Counted from the first letter of the stretch, positions 24,640 through 37,779 are shown. The stretch is 51,642 bases of DNA from Girardia tigrina (GCA_001938485.1 MQRK01238430.1:44608-96249), one strand, 5' to 3'. Program-made: numbers and translations. The notes: generated from the sequence alone by a model not told the origin.

Positions 24640-25640
24640 ACAAAAGTTTTTTCATACGGTGACACTTGCTTTCAGGTACACCAGAACAAAAGTTACGTAT
24701 ATCAGAGGAGGAAAACCATATTTCTTGACATGTTTCCACCAATGCCTCCTTGGGAACATTTCGTTGTCAAACCTCACGTTTCAACAGGTTCCAGACTGTC
24801 TCTATCGGATTAATGTCTGGGCTGTTTCCAGGCAAAGACAACTTGGTTACTCCATTGTCCTCCAAGTGATCGCGTTTTTCTTGAAGTGTGGCCTGAGGCG
24901 TGGTCTTGTTGGAAGATCCACTCCTCAGTTCCATACCAGTTCTCTGCCTGTGGGAGAAGACAAGTGTCAATGACTTGACAGTATTGTTGGGATGCAGTTG
25001 ACCCTTCACCCTGTGTAAACGTCCAGGTCCTCTGCTGGAGATAAATCTCCAGATCATAATTCGAGAGGGATATGCTTGCCGACTTTGCACATGGCCTTGT
25101 TAAATACGCTCTCCAAATTGGTTCCTATGGCCACCTGCTTACATCATTGTCTCATCAGAGAAGACAACCTGCAAGGAAACCAGATCATGAGAAGACGTTC
25201 CATCTAATAAGAATAATAGCATGTCATGACTGTAGTCATTACAGTATTTACCTTGCTTCATTTGTTTGCTATCTAGTGCGCAAGTTGCTTTGTCCACTGA
25301 GGTCGTTGTGCCATCATTCGATTTTTGAGCAATATAACCCTCTTTGGTCGATAGGCGAGTCGTTCTGCATGCTGCAAATGCTCCCGGCGTGTGGTCCTCC
25401 GTCTGGTGCAAAAAGTTGCACAGATAGTTTCGGTCGTCGTCCGTTGTGTCCAATTTTGAAGTCACCATTCATGTAGACAGTCGGACGTCCCAGCTCTTTG
25501 GAGATCGTCGGAATCCCATAGACTAATTTGACCGGCAGTGAAAGACCGGGATTGCCATGCTCGGTCCGTCGGGAAACCAATTGTCTATAGATTATGGATA
25601 ACTCAGCTACAAGGATAACAATTTTTCGCTCCATCAGAAA
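24640..25640 (-). mobile_element. Decayed Tc1-family transposase
   Basis: VVFSDET, IMIWRFISSRGPGRLHRVKG and LPGNSPDINPIETVWNLLKREV, spread across frameshifts. Confidence 0.85.
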
Positions 25641-26525
25641 TCAATAGATCGACATCTAAAACCACGGCATAATTACTGGAATACAACAACAAGTCAAACG
25701 CTCTTTATCAAATAGTTCATTTCAAAAATAGTGTTTTTTTGTATTATTTAAACCACGGTATTTTTTTCAATTTATCATTAATTAATTTTTTTCTGTATAC
25801 TTAACGTATACTTAAATAACAATATAACTTATTGTGAATTTCATAAAATTTCCTGAATGTTCGAATTAGAAAAGGTTTTATATTTTTATTCCATTTTTGT
25901 TAAAAATTTTCAGTAAATCACTCAAATCATAGTGTAAAAATAGTTTTTGTTGCACATCTACAGGTGTAATTCATTTAAAAATAATTATGAATAAGTGTTT
26001 ACCTGCGCCTGTTCCTCTCGATTATTTTCCAAATATATAGAATTTGGGACCACTTCTAATGAGAAATTCAAATATTCATATTTGTTTCAAAGTTTACATT
26101 TGGCCTCAAATGAAAAAGCATATTGCGCACATGTAAGAACACACATGTTAAGATGAAATAACTTAAAAAATATTCAACAATTATTTTGCTTCATTAACAT
26201 TCAGAAATCTTTAACTCTCAATCTTTAAAGAGACCAAACTTTTAAAAAATACCGAATAGATAGACAGGGAAGAAGTTCAAAATGTTTAGATGGAATTCAC
26301 AGAATTAGAATCGATAAATTTTCTAATAAAAAATTGAAGAGCACCTTGAATACCCATTACAGAATGCAAACAAATTTATTATAATATATATATTAGATCA
26401 GGATGAGTTTTAGTTTTTAATAAATTTTCATAAGGAATCTTTTAAGTTTCAGTAATTTTTTAATTATGTATTTTAAAATCAAAATTTTATAACAGTCTAT
26501 TTTATTATTCCAATGTTAGGCCACC

Positions 26526-27133
26526 TAGTCAAGATTGTGACACTTTTTTGAATAATCAACGCAATCCAACAGAAGAAGCGACAATCCAGATAGTGTTGAA
26601 GAACCAACACTCATCCAAACGACCGACTTTCAGCCAGCAACAGTCACCCCGACTATTTCAACGGTGGTGGAGCGAAAGACTTATCCCAAAGATACACATT
26701 TGTCTTTTAGGATCGCAGATCCAAATGCGAGAGGAGAGTTCAAATGTCCCTTTCGCGGCTGTACCAAGTTCACCAATATAGCCAAAGGGATGCTCAATCA
26801 TGATACCACAATCCATGATTGGTCGTTTGCAACAGTGAAGCCCAAGAAATTTTGGAGACTGAAGCACTCCGTCCCCGTAGGAGGCCTATCGGGGGGGGGC
26901 AGCTAGCACTCTTTAGTTTGGGTGGACCATCTATAAAGTTTAGTGGCTCAATACCATTCGAAAGAGATGGGAAACGGTGGTCGTTTCTTACAGGGAAGCC
27001 GAAAAGATCTCGGATACCGAAACTATCCGACCCCGTAGGAGGCCTAACGGAGCACTGCTAGTGATTTTTTAGTTGGGTAGACCTTCTAAAGAGTCGAGAG
27101 GCTCAATATCATTAGAAAGAGATGGGAGACCCA
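26526..27133 (+). mobile_element. Second copy of the zinc-finger/hairpin element, with a tandem 158-bp terminal unit, inserted into a Penelope GIY-YIG ORF
   Basis: THLSFRIADPNARGEFKCPFRGCTKF matches 360-480. The unit is repeated (CCCC at 26873 and 27031). The flanks read C*AT | HIGKTNRHIKTRISEH. Confidence 0.75.
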
Positions 27134-27600
27134 TATCGGAAAGACTAATCGTCATATCAAAACTCGGATTAGTGAGCACTCGCAAATGAGTCGATCGACT
27201 AAGGTTCTTGACCATTTGTTATGTTGTAAGGATAGAAGCTCATCCATTTCAAAAGATCAGTTCTCTACAAAAGGGATTCGATTCACATTACGAACTGCAG
27301 TTTTGTGAATCTCTACTAATAAGACACTACAACCTATTCATTAACATTTAGAATTGGCAAAGTAAGGTCATTCCAATACTTTAAATTTTTAATTAAAATA
27401 TTCTTTTATCATTATTATCCAATAATATTTTAATAAATTATAATATTCATGATATTTTTACCATTTATAATTAAGAAACTTTTAAAATCATATTATTTAA
27501 TTAAAACGAAAATTGAAATATTCAAATATTCAAATATAAAAATATTAAATTTTCAAACATTGTTGATGATGATGTATATAACATCGAAACATGTTTAATG
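27131..27600 (+). mobile_element. Penelope-like 3' end (GIY-YIG C-terminus plus pLTR); its upstream part lies left of 26525
   Basis: IGKTNRHIKTRISEHSQ..VLDHLLCCK. Same family as 38900-39130 and 46350-46740. Confidence 0.75.
27563..27595 (+). ncRNA. Hammerhead-like motif with UUGAUGA core
   Basis: UUGAUGA-U-GAUGU-auaua-ACAUC-GAAA-CAUGUU, with a perfect stem II and palindromic AACAUGUU. Confidence 0.55.
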
Positions 27601-29710
27601 ATTATATAAAAGAAGCTTTAATCAAATATATTATATATATATATATATAATTTTTCTTTTTAATTTAAATATATTTATATTTAAAAAATTATTCCACTTC
27701 CGAAACACTTAATATAACATAATAATTTTTTTTAAATATATCATAATTATTACCAGTCGAGAACATGGTACATAATTATCAGTTTTTATTAGATATTGTT
27801 ATCGCTTAAAGCAATATGGATTTTTTTATTCTTTTTTAAATTCAAATAATCAATTTTTTATTATAAATAGACAGAAACAATGAATCGACATTTATTATCT
27901 ATTTGAATTGTCTAGTTATCCTGCTCGAATTGATTTTGTCTGTATCAACATTGCCATAATCTGATGGTTTTCTTTTTAGTTGTCCATCAGTCCATTTGAA
28001 ATTATTCATAGAGATAAGAGACTTGGTATAAAAAATTCATTAAGAGATGGATGTTTTTTCAGAATTATGTTTTTTATAAATATAAGATTCCGTGAAAATT
28101 GAATGTTTTTTTTTATTTTAAAAAGGAAATAATGAAAAGAGACAAAATATAAATATTATTTATAGATTTTAAATTAAAAATTACCAGAATAATAACTTAA
28201 AAAATTAAGTATCAAATGTTATAAAAACATAAAATTTGTATTGAATTTAAAATATTATAATTTAATAAAAAGAGAATTAATTTTCATTAATAATAATTAG
28301 CGAAATTTCCATTCAAAAAATTATTTGGATATTTTTCGCACTATAATTCATCAATGAATATCCAATGAAAATTATTTGGATATTATATAGTTAATCTTCA
28401 GTTCGCTTATCGAAATTTGATTAATTTAAAAATCATTTGGAAATGAAATCGAATTCAAAATTTAAAATTAATACTTAGAATGATACTTAAATATTTTAAA
28501 TTTGAATTTGAAAATATTCTTTATAAATTAATTTGAATTAAAAAATTATTTTTGTAGAAATATGAGAGTTAAAACACTTAATTATTTAGCAAATAATTTA
28601 AAACTTACAAAATTTTCAAATAGCTTTAATGTTTAAAAAATTATATTTTCAGCAAATAACATTTCATTAACTTATTTTCGAGAATTATTTGTTAAAATTA
28701 ATGAGATATTTTTAATTATAATTCTTTTCAAGAACCTTTGGTTTTAGATATTTTATTTAAAATATTTTATTTATTTTAAATATTCAAAATTTATGAATTC
28801 GCCACAGATAAAATGAATCTTAAGTCCGTTTCTGGTGACTGAAAAAAGACTATCATTTTTCTGAGGAAAACATCAAGTTTAACTAACATAAACACATAAA
28901 AACATAAATGAACGACATACTCATAATAAATTATAATTTTCATCAAGTTTACATATCAAAATAGAAACTTGGAAAGTAAAAATAAAAGTTTATAATTCCT
29001 AAAAAACATTTAATGTTTAAATAATATTTTACATAAAATACGCAAAATCATAAAATCATAAAAATCCAATATCCTACCGAATGACGAAAAGTTAAGTTAA
29101 GAACCCTTGACTCATTTTTACACTACTAATAAATAAAGAAGAATGATAAAAAGTAAAATAATAACAAAATCAAAATGTTTGTCCCTGAATTTTATAGAAG
29201 AAATTTGTTATTCATCAATTATCTGTCAAAAGGAAAATGACAATGAATTATAAAGACTCTTAGGATAGAAATAACAAACTAATGGAGAAGAAAAGACATC
29301 AAACAATGTTTGCCATGATAGTATGTATAGAATTCAACTCATTGTTGTTACATTACATTATTGTTGGTGAAAATGGCTCGACTATATTTATTTTAGTTTC
29401 ATTTGTGAAAGGAAAAAAATAGGTGTGAGAAGCAATGATTAATTCAAAAAAATGTTTTATTAAAAAAAATTCAATTTTTATCCCACAGGAATAAAAGTAA
29501 TCAACAGTCTTTAAAACAGAACACAACTCAAATTGTTTCTAAAATGCTTTTGAAATTTTATAAAAATTTAGATTTTGTTATTTTTGAGAATATTTGTTTA
29601 TAATAAATATAATTAAATATCAAAAGAAAGAATTAACTATATGCAATATATATACATATATTTATAAAAGGAATTTCTTTCTTATAGTAATTGATAATAA
29701 TTAAAAATAC

Positions 29711-29970
29711 TTTAAACTGCCACTGAGATCAACTGAACCTCCTGGGGTTATTTTTGTGACATAAATGCCCGGATCATTCAAGTGAAAGTAAGGATTATCA
29801 ATTCCACCGGCCACACTGAATCCAAAACCAGTCGAACCTTTTAAGACCACAGCTTCCATAACAATAGGTCTGTTTATTAACTGATTATCAATCTCGGGAG
29901 TTATTACATTTGTATACGAATTTTTCTCGTAAGATGGGGACTCGTTGCCAACAATCATTGACTGACGTCC
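29711..29970 (-). CDS. dlg1: Discs large homolog exon: linker and PDZ1 N-terminal half
   Basis: Acceptor TTTTTAACAG ending at 29971 and donor GTATTT at 29710. 260 nt, phase 0-2, encoding EAVVLKGSTGFGFSVAGGIDNPYFHLNDPGIYVTKITPGGSVDLSGSL. Confidence 0.93.
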
Positions 29971-30419
29971 CTGTTAAAAATTAATAAACAATACAAAACA
30001 TTATTAGAATTAAAATAGTATATAAAACAAATAATGTATAAAAAGAATTTCGACAACAAAAAAACTCAAAAATATTTATCAACATTTTTGATTATGAGTT
30101 CATATTAATTAATAAAATAGTGCCTCTCAGTCTCAGTTCTTCAATTGAATCAAATGAGTACATTTTATATTTTATAAAAAATTGTCAGAAAAATTCATTT
30201 AAATAGATTTGGTAAATGTTCAAAAAATATATACGGAAATATGGGGTCATCAGACTGAAAACGTTTAAACGCAATTATAAATAATTGACCAAAAATAGAA
30301 TAAATTTAATAAAATACTTAATACAAAAAGTAACCCTGGTTGAAAATAACAATGTGAAGAATGTGATTTATAAAAATGGTATTTTCAGATGAAAAATTAG
30401 TATTATGAATGTATTCTAA

Positions 30420-30533
30420 TTTTTAGATACTAAATGGAATTTTAATGGAATGTAATAAATATTCATTAAAAATAATAATATTCATTATTATTCTATATGC
30501 TTTTTAATCCCTTTAAATTCTATATATAAATGA
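30420..30533 (+). repeat. About 115-bp direct repeat, second copy at 34690-34813
   Basis: TTTTAGATACTAAATGGAATTTTAATG...GCTTTTTAATCCCTTTAAATTCTATATATAAATGA is present at both sites. Confidence 0.85.
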
Positions 30534-30559
30534 ATTATTATGAATGTAAAAGCTCAACC

Positions 30560-31230
30560 AATACTCTTGTGTCTTTTTGAAATGACGGCTACACATCTTT
30601 AAAAAATCGTGGCATATTATTTTTAAAAATAAAGACACCATTTCACAAAAAAATTTATTTCCATTGACAATTAATTTCGACTATATAACAGTCATCGCCA
30701 GGTCATAAAGCAATTATAAATTTTCAATTTGCTTATACAGACAAGCAGTAATCATGAAATTAATGAATAATTGTGTCATTTAAACACACTCAATAAAGTT
30801 CTCCAGAGACCATTTTGTGCATTAATCTTAGTATTTAAATATGTGTTATGCAGTGCTTCTCTCTCCAAATAATTATTGAACTGAGCACAGAATTTTAAAA
30901 TCATTTCTATTAATATTTTCATTCAAATTGCAAACTTTTCTGTTTTTCCATCCCCATTAAGACCATGTTTTGGACTCATTTGCAGAGATGATGTGATGCC
31001 TCTCCAATGTATGTGGTATTGCACCCATTACATGTAAATCGATATACGAGATCCGAACACAATAAAAATGGAGTTGAAGATTTATTACAAAATACATTTT
31101 GAATTTTATATGTTTGCACTATTATTTTTAAAATAAAACCATTATTAACACATTTCAAAATTGAAAGTTTAAATTGACAAAATCCTTCCAAATATGGAAT
31201 ACTCAAAATGTATTTTAAAGTCTGTCGTTC
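30560..31230 (-). mobile_element. Penelope-like 3' fragment (GIY-YIG plus pLTR)
   Basis: SIPYLEG...TPFLLCSDLVYRFTCNGCNTTYIGEASHHLCK. Confidence 0.85.
30666..30704 (-). ncRNA. Minimal hammerhead motif with mutated core (CUGGCGA)
   Basis: GAC-CUGGCGA-U-GACUG-uuaua-UAGUC-GAAA-UUAAUU-GUC. Confidence 0.65.
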
Positions 31231-31734
31231 TTTAATATCATATTACGATCAGTATAGGTCTGGTATATTCAAAATTTCAAAGTACGATGGAAAACTGGAC
31301 TAAAATATGATAAAATAAGCGGAAGGCTTTTGAACCCATACGAGTAATATCTAGAGACTCCTAGTTTCTTTTGTAGGGTTAGACCTTCTTCTCAGCGCTT
31401 TGACGTAGCTTGAACTCGTAAAAGAAATTTTCCCGAAAATATACCCTCATCCAAGAATACTCACCAGACAAAATTCTTCATTAAAGTCAGATGAATTCCT
31501 TTCACGCCTACAATAGGCAGATATTATAACTTGGCAACATCGAAGATTCGAATTTTCGGTTTTGAAGGTTAGGTGTAATTTTTATGTTTGGATTAGACAA
31601 TTTACTTTATTGTTCGTTTTTGGAGTGATTTGTTAATGTCTTCTTTTTACTATTTCTGATATGTTTTTAAATTATCTAGTAAATCAAAATATTTTTATAT
31701 CCATTGCATTAAAAAGTAACTAGTAACACAGTAA

Positions 31735-31990
31735 ATTTATTATAAAGCATGGAAGGAAAAAACCAAAACATTTTTATATAATACAGCTTAAACATTTATG
31801 AAAAAAAATATTTTTTTTTGATTTTCTAGTTTGATCAAATTATCACATAATCATTTATTGTCATCAAAAATGAGTAAAAGTGCAAAGTTTGGAGAAAATT
31901 GATTGGGTAAAAATTCTTCAAAAATAGGTTTCTAAATTCCATGGATACATATATAGTAAGTAAGCTAATATAAAGAATAGAAAAATAAAT
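31735..31990 (-). repeat. Inverted copy of the 6440-6715 repeat
   Basis: AATAGGTTTCTAAATTCCATGGATACATATATAG is the reverse complement of about 6476-6510. Confidence 0.8.
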
Positions 31991-32356
31991 TTGTGTTTAT
32001 TAAATAATATTCGTTTATTAATGTTATTGTCAACTATTTGAGGTAGAAAAAAGGGAAATTCGTTCACCAAGTATTAATTTTTTTGTTTTCTTATTTATTT
32101 ATTATTATTATATTTTTTATCATTGTTATTTAAAATTTTGAAATTTATTAAATTATATAGATAAATATAATAATAATTAAAAGTTATAAATCATTCAAAC
32201 TAGATATTTGTCTTCCTGTCTACAATATATTCCATCTCATAAAACATCATAAATGATTTAAGGAATTTCGTTTAATAACTTGTATTAAATAATAAACTAA
32301 CAAAAATTTGTTTTATTATTACAACATTTTTGTCTTATTAGTTTTATTTTCTCATC

Positions 32357-32401
<45 letters not shown>

Positions 32402-34259
32402 TCTTTCTATATTATATTTTTAGCATAATAATAATTGATTAAAAATAAAAATTGAAATAATTCCTAAATCTAAGACTTCAACTAAAGCATTCTCTACAAC
32501 AAGGTTTGGATGGAGTAACGCAATTAATAACTTTAACAATGAAAAATGAAAGAGTAAATTACGAATTTTTAGACAACATTGAATGTCAACAAAGCGGAGT
32601 AAATGGGTAACTAAAAGTAAACATCACTGCTTACTAATTATTAATTAGTAGTATGAGGGCATTAATTGATATCAAATTTTCAATTATAAACTAATTAATT
32701 TAAATATAAAATATCAATTGATAAATATTTCATCATTTTGCAAATTAAAGTCATATTTTTTTGTAAAAGTTTCAAATAGAATCTATTAGGCATGATACGC
32801 TACAAATAGGCAAGGCTAAATACGGAAGAAGTAAGTGAACGATTTTCACTCGTGTTTCCAGCAGTTTGATTCTTTCTGTTGCAAGTGTTTTGAACTCAAA
32901 AAGTAGTTTTCTGAACCAATTTTAACAGTGGATCAATCAAGTTTGTAAGCAACTCTGTTTTGAAAATCTGTGTCGATGCTAAATGGTCCGATCGTGTATA
33001 TTATTTAATAATAATAATTCCTACTCCAGTAGGATATATTTGAATTCGAATTAAATAAATATAAAATTTTCTAATGATTCTCAGTGTATTCATAGAAACT
33101 CTTTCTCTAGTCTCATGAATATTCTTAACATGATTTAGGAAATCGTACATTATAAGTTATTTCAGAAAGGGGTATATTGAATTACGTTATTCGTATTGTT
33201 TTTTTAGTTTGCATTTGAATGAAGTTTGAGAGATTATGAAAAAACTCGTTGCAACAGAGTGATTGAACAGTTTCATTTAACAGTTTCATTTACTCCTTCA
33301 TAATTGATAAACCGTTTCTGAGAGGTGTTCGGACATTTTTTTTCATTTGATACTTTATCACTTATATTTGATCACTTAGTCACTTTGTCACTTATACATT
33401 TTATCACTTTAAAAGAACTTCTTGTATAATAGAAGTATATATTTGAAAAGTCATAAGCTTGATCTTAACATAAAAATTAAACATAAAAAGCAAGATGTGT
33501 CGAAAATGTAGATTTTTGACAATATAATGTTCGTTATTACGAATAGAACAAGAAATATTAAACTTTCGAGAAAAGCAATGACTACGGTCTAATGGAACAA
33601 GGAATATCCTTTCAAAACATATTTAAATTTAGATTTGAAAAAAATAGAACACACTTATTAAAAATGTTTTCATTAAAAAGTATTTAGAATTTGTTATTCC
33701 TCCGATATTTTTCTTTCACATTTATCGCAGCTTGAAATAATTAAAGACACAATCAGAGATAATGTACGAACTGTTAGACGGGTCCATTCAGGAAGTCCAT
33801 TAAGGAAGTGGACACAAATGGGAGGAAATATTCTAAAATTTATTTCAAACCAGGAGATATTCCCACATCCTTCCTAGCTGAAAAAGAAAATGAGAAATTA
33901 AAAGTTTGACTTCATTGGGGTAAATAAAATTCGTAATATATTATTTGTTAGAATAATGTTTTGGTTTGTTGAGTCTTTCAAAAATAATTGCTCAATTATA
34001 ATTAATTGGACTACAGTAAATTGATGAATTTTCCTTTAACGGAAATTCAATCTAATAAATTAATTTAATTTAATTTACTATTATTTACACAGTGTGTTTA
34101 AATAATTTATTCTGATAGTTATGTTAAATCAAAAATAGTCTTAAAAATATTCTTTTGAAAGTCAAACATCGATATTTGAAACAAAATTGTAATCGCTAAA
34201 TAATATTTATTTATAACTTAAATATTATTATAATAATATTAATAATAAAGCGAACTCAC

Positions 34260-34516
34260 ATAGGTATTTGAGGACTTTTTATGACTATTAGAATTGGAAT
34301 TGGTTAGAGATTCGTTGCGTCTGAGAGATGAGTAAAGCATATTGATGGACTCAACATCATTCGCCAATCGAGATCCGATACGACCGCTACTGGCAACTGA
34401 AGAAGGGGAGGATGGGTATAGCTTCAAGCTATGTAAAAAATTAAGAGTTTCTTGGGTTTTATCAGATACAGATAGTAAGTTATTGGATAAAATATCGATG
34501 TAGAATCTTTGTATTT
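34260..34516 (-). CDS. dlg1: Discs large homolog exon: L27 domain C-terminal part and Ser-rich region
   Basis: Acceptor AG at 34518-34517 and donor GTGAGT at 34259. 257 nt, phase 1-0. (E)IQRFYIDILSNNLLSVSDKTQETLNFL resembles the DLG L27 segment DIQEFYExTLLD..KT.ETL. Confidence 0.85.
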
Positions 34517-35315
34517 CTAAATAATTTAAATTTTAATATTTAATTCTTTAAATAAAGTATTTATTAAATCAAGGAATATTCTACTAGTGTAACTTAATAA
34601 ATTCCAATAATAATATAAGATGTCTCAAAAGTCATAATGGATAAATTATTCTTAATCTTTTAAAGAAAAACGATTTACACTAAAAAATAATTTTTAGATA
34701 CTAAATGGAATTTTAATGAAATGTAATGTAATGTAATAATTATTCATTAAAGATAATAATAATCATTATTATTCTGTAGGCTTTTTAATCCCTTTAAATT
34801 CTATATATAAATGACAATAGTAAAATAAATAAATTTCTGTATTCATTTTTAATGTTTCATGATCCTACAGTAGCAGATTAAATATTTTCACTACCCTTGT
34901 GTTAAATAATATTTTTTATTGTACATTAAGACGGATTCATAAATTTCGTTTGAAAACGCACATATCGTATAATTAGAAGAATCTGGATAAGCAACTATTT
35001 TTTGTGTACAATCTATTGTTGTCGGGTTTTAAACACATTTTATTTTTTGTTTGCTTCTACTGATACTTAGCCATTAGTTAAGAAATTTTCTTTACAGCCT
35101 GAAAGGAAAAGCTATCTGGTTGGTACCGTGAACCTAATTTCATAACCATATTTAGAGACGTTGAAAATATATTCAATTTTTTGTAAGAAATTGTGCATTT
35201 TTTGACATATTAAGAAAATGAACATTATTATTAAACTAACTCCAAAGCCTGAGTAACCACTCCTACACTGCCAAAAGGTACCCACCAACTATGGAAAGAT
35301 GTAATACAACGAATA

Positions 35316-36785
35316 TAGTCCGTCCCTAAAGGTTTGTCCACTTTAATATTTTTCAATATTTCAAAGTAAAATAATATCTGTCAAGAAATTATTATTTGTA
35401 TCACTTTTCATTTGTTTAAATATATTCTTNNNNNNNNNNNNNNNNNNNNNNNNNNNNNNNNNNNNNNNNNNNNNNNNNNNNNNNNNNNNNNNNNNNNNNN
35501 NNNNNNNNNNNNNNNNNNNNNNNNNNNNNNNNNNNNNNNNNNNNNNNNNNNNNNNNNNNNNNNNNNNNNNNNNNNNNNNNNNNNNNNNNNNNNNNNNNNN
35601 NNNNNNNNNNNNNNNNNNNNNNNNNNNNNNNNNNNNNNNNNNNNNNNNNNNNNNNNNNNNNNNNNNNNNNNNNNNNNNNNNNNNNNNNNNNNNNNNNNNN
35701 NNNNNNNNNNNNNNNNNNNNNNNNNNNNNNNNNNNNNNNNNNNNNNNNNNNNNNNNNNNNNNNNNNNNNNNNNNNNNNNNNNNNNNNNNNNNNNNNNNNN
35801 NNNNNNNNNNNNNNNNNNNNNNNNNNNNNNNNNNNNNNNNNNNNNNNNNNNNNNNNNNNNNNNNNNNNNNNNNNNNNNNNNNNNNNNNNNNNNNNNNNNN
35901 NNNNNNNNNNNNNNNNNNNNNNNNNNNNNNNNNNNNNNNNNNNNNNNNNNNNNNNNNNNNNNNNNNNNNNNNNNNNNNNNNNNNNNNNNNNNNNNNNNNN
36001 NNNNNNNNNNNNNNNNNNNNNNNNNNNNNNNNNNNNNNNNNNNNNNNNNNNNNNNNNNNNNNNNNNNNNNNNNNNNNNNNNNNNNNNNNNNNNNNNNNNN
36101 NNNNNNNNNNNNNNNNNNNNNNNNNNNNNNNNNNNNNNNNNNNNNNNNNNNNNNNNNNNNNNNNNNNNNNNNNNNNNNNNNNNNNNNNNNNNNNNNNNNN
36201 NNNNNNNNNNNNNNNNNNNNNNNNNNNNNNNNNNNNNNNNNNNNCAATGGAAAATGTATGGGCACTCATTGTTAGTCGTTTATACGCAGCAAACAAGCAA
36301 TATACATCAAAATCTGATCTTAAAAATAGTATTTTAAAGATTTGGAGTGGAATTGATTCAAATGGTTTACAAAATTTGGTTTTTTCGATACCTGAAAGAT
36401 TAATCAATGTTATAGAGAAAGGGGGAGATTTAGTATGACGAAATTTACATGTCTACTGTTTGATGTATTACGCAATATATAATATTAGGTCCTACTTAAT
36501 GTCTTATGTTATCGTGATCGTTAATAATAAACAACATATGTTGAGTAACAACTTTTATCGGTATTTAGGAGCATTTGGACAAACCTTATGGGACACTAAA
36601 AAATCACAAAAAAATACATTTTTACCATTTCATAAAAAATAACTTCAATCCATCGGTTTTGGATATTTATTCAACAAAAAGAAAATAAAGTTACATTGTA
36701 TGTTATTTATCTTATTTTAACAGTATTTGTCGTTCTTTGTAAAATTTGTAATTTGTGTATTGGACAAACCTTTAGGGACGGACTA
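35316..36785 (+). mobile_element. Tc1-like element with perfect TIRs; interior mostly assembly gap
   Basis: TA|TAGTCCGTCCCTAAAGGTTTGTCCA ... TGGACAAACCTTTAGGGACGGACTA|TA. Encodes MENVWALIVSRLY...SIPERLINVIEKGG. Confidence 0.9.
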
Positions 36786-37374
36786 TAATACATGAGTTGT
36801 CAGATGCAACAGAAATCGTGAATTAGTTACTAAATATTAAAAACAATTTTATACTATTAAACATTATTCTTCAGTTAAAGAAGTAAGATTTCTTATTATT
36901 TAAAAAGTATTACGGACATCCAACTATTCATCCTGAATTCCTCTACAAATCTTATTATTTTTATTATTATTTTATATAACAATATAAGTAAAATAATAAA
37001 ATAAAAACGTAATCCATTCTTTTAAAAAATGATCATTAATCGATTAATCAACTTCTTATTTTAACAGTAAATTAATTACACCGCCTAAGAAGAAACATTT
37101 TATTTAATAATTCAATAATAATAAAACAAAGTAATAAAATAAAATCATACTAAAATTTACTGATAAATTTGAAGAACATTGGCAAATTGTTTTTTATAAA
37201 TTAAAAAACGTCATTTCTAAAAACAAAATTTTATTAGGACAATACTTTTAGATGGAATTTCTGTTTAGCTTATACATGTTCAATGATTTTTTTTGAAAAT
37301 AATTAGGCAATTACTGTTTCAACAAAAATTTTCAACAAAGTTGATGAATCACTTGATTTGACATTATTAATTAC

Positions 37375-37409
37375 CTTTTTTGAACGTTTTGCTGCTTTGA
37401 AACAGAGAT
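37375..37409 (-). CDS. Tentative 35-nt dlg microexon (SLFQSSKTFKK)
   Basis: Pyrimidine-rich acceptor TTTTCTTTCTATAG and donor AAG|GTAATT. Phase 2-1 fits the L27 exon, and LFQ matches the L27 SxLFQ motif. Confidence 0.35.
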
Positions 37410-37779
37410 CTATAGAAAGAAAACTGATACGGGATTGTATACAACTTCCTAAAGGTTTTGTCGATCCATGAATAATAGTAGCATGTTTAATGGCTTGGCG
37501 TATCGTTCTTGGTCTTTGTTATTTACTTCAAGGTTACTTCTAGTTTTAACAAGTTAAATTACCTTTTATATATGAATGGTTATTCAAAATCTTTCTTAGT
37601 GAAATAAATCAGATAAACAATTGATATATTATTTAAAAATGGTGTAAATAAAAGAATTGATTGAAATAATGTTTTAAAACCCGAAAAGGAACAAATTTTA
37701 GCTACATATTAGCTGTTCCTTATTTTAAAGGTTATAAAAATTCAAATCATTTATTCTAAAATCAATTAATGGTAAGAAT

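Noticed and set aside
30235-30275. CTGATGA on the minus strand as a further hammerhead
   Set aside because: No stem II followed by GAAA downstream.
35361-36407. Long ORFs (285-348 aa) in the ORF track
   Set aside because: Artefacts of translating through the N gap; only the Tc1 C-terminus at 36247-36438 is real.
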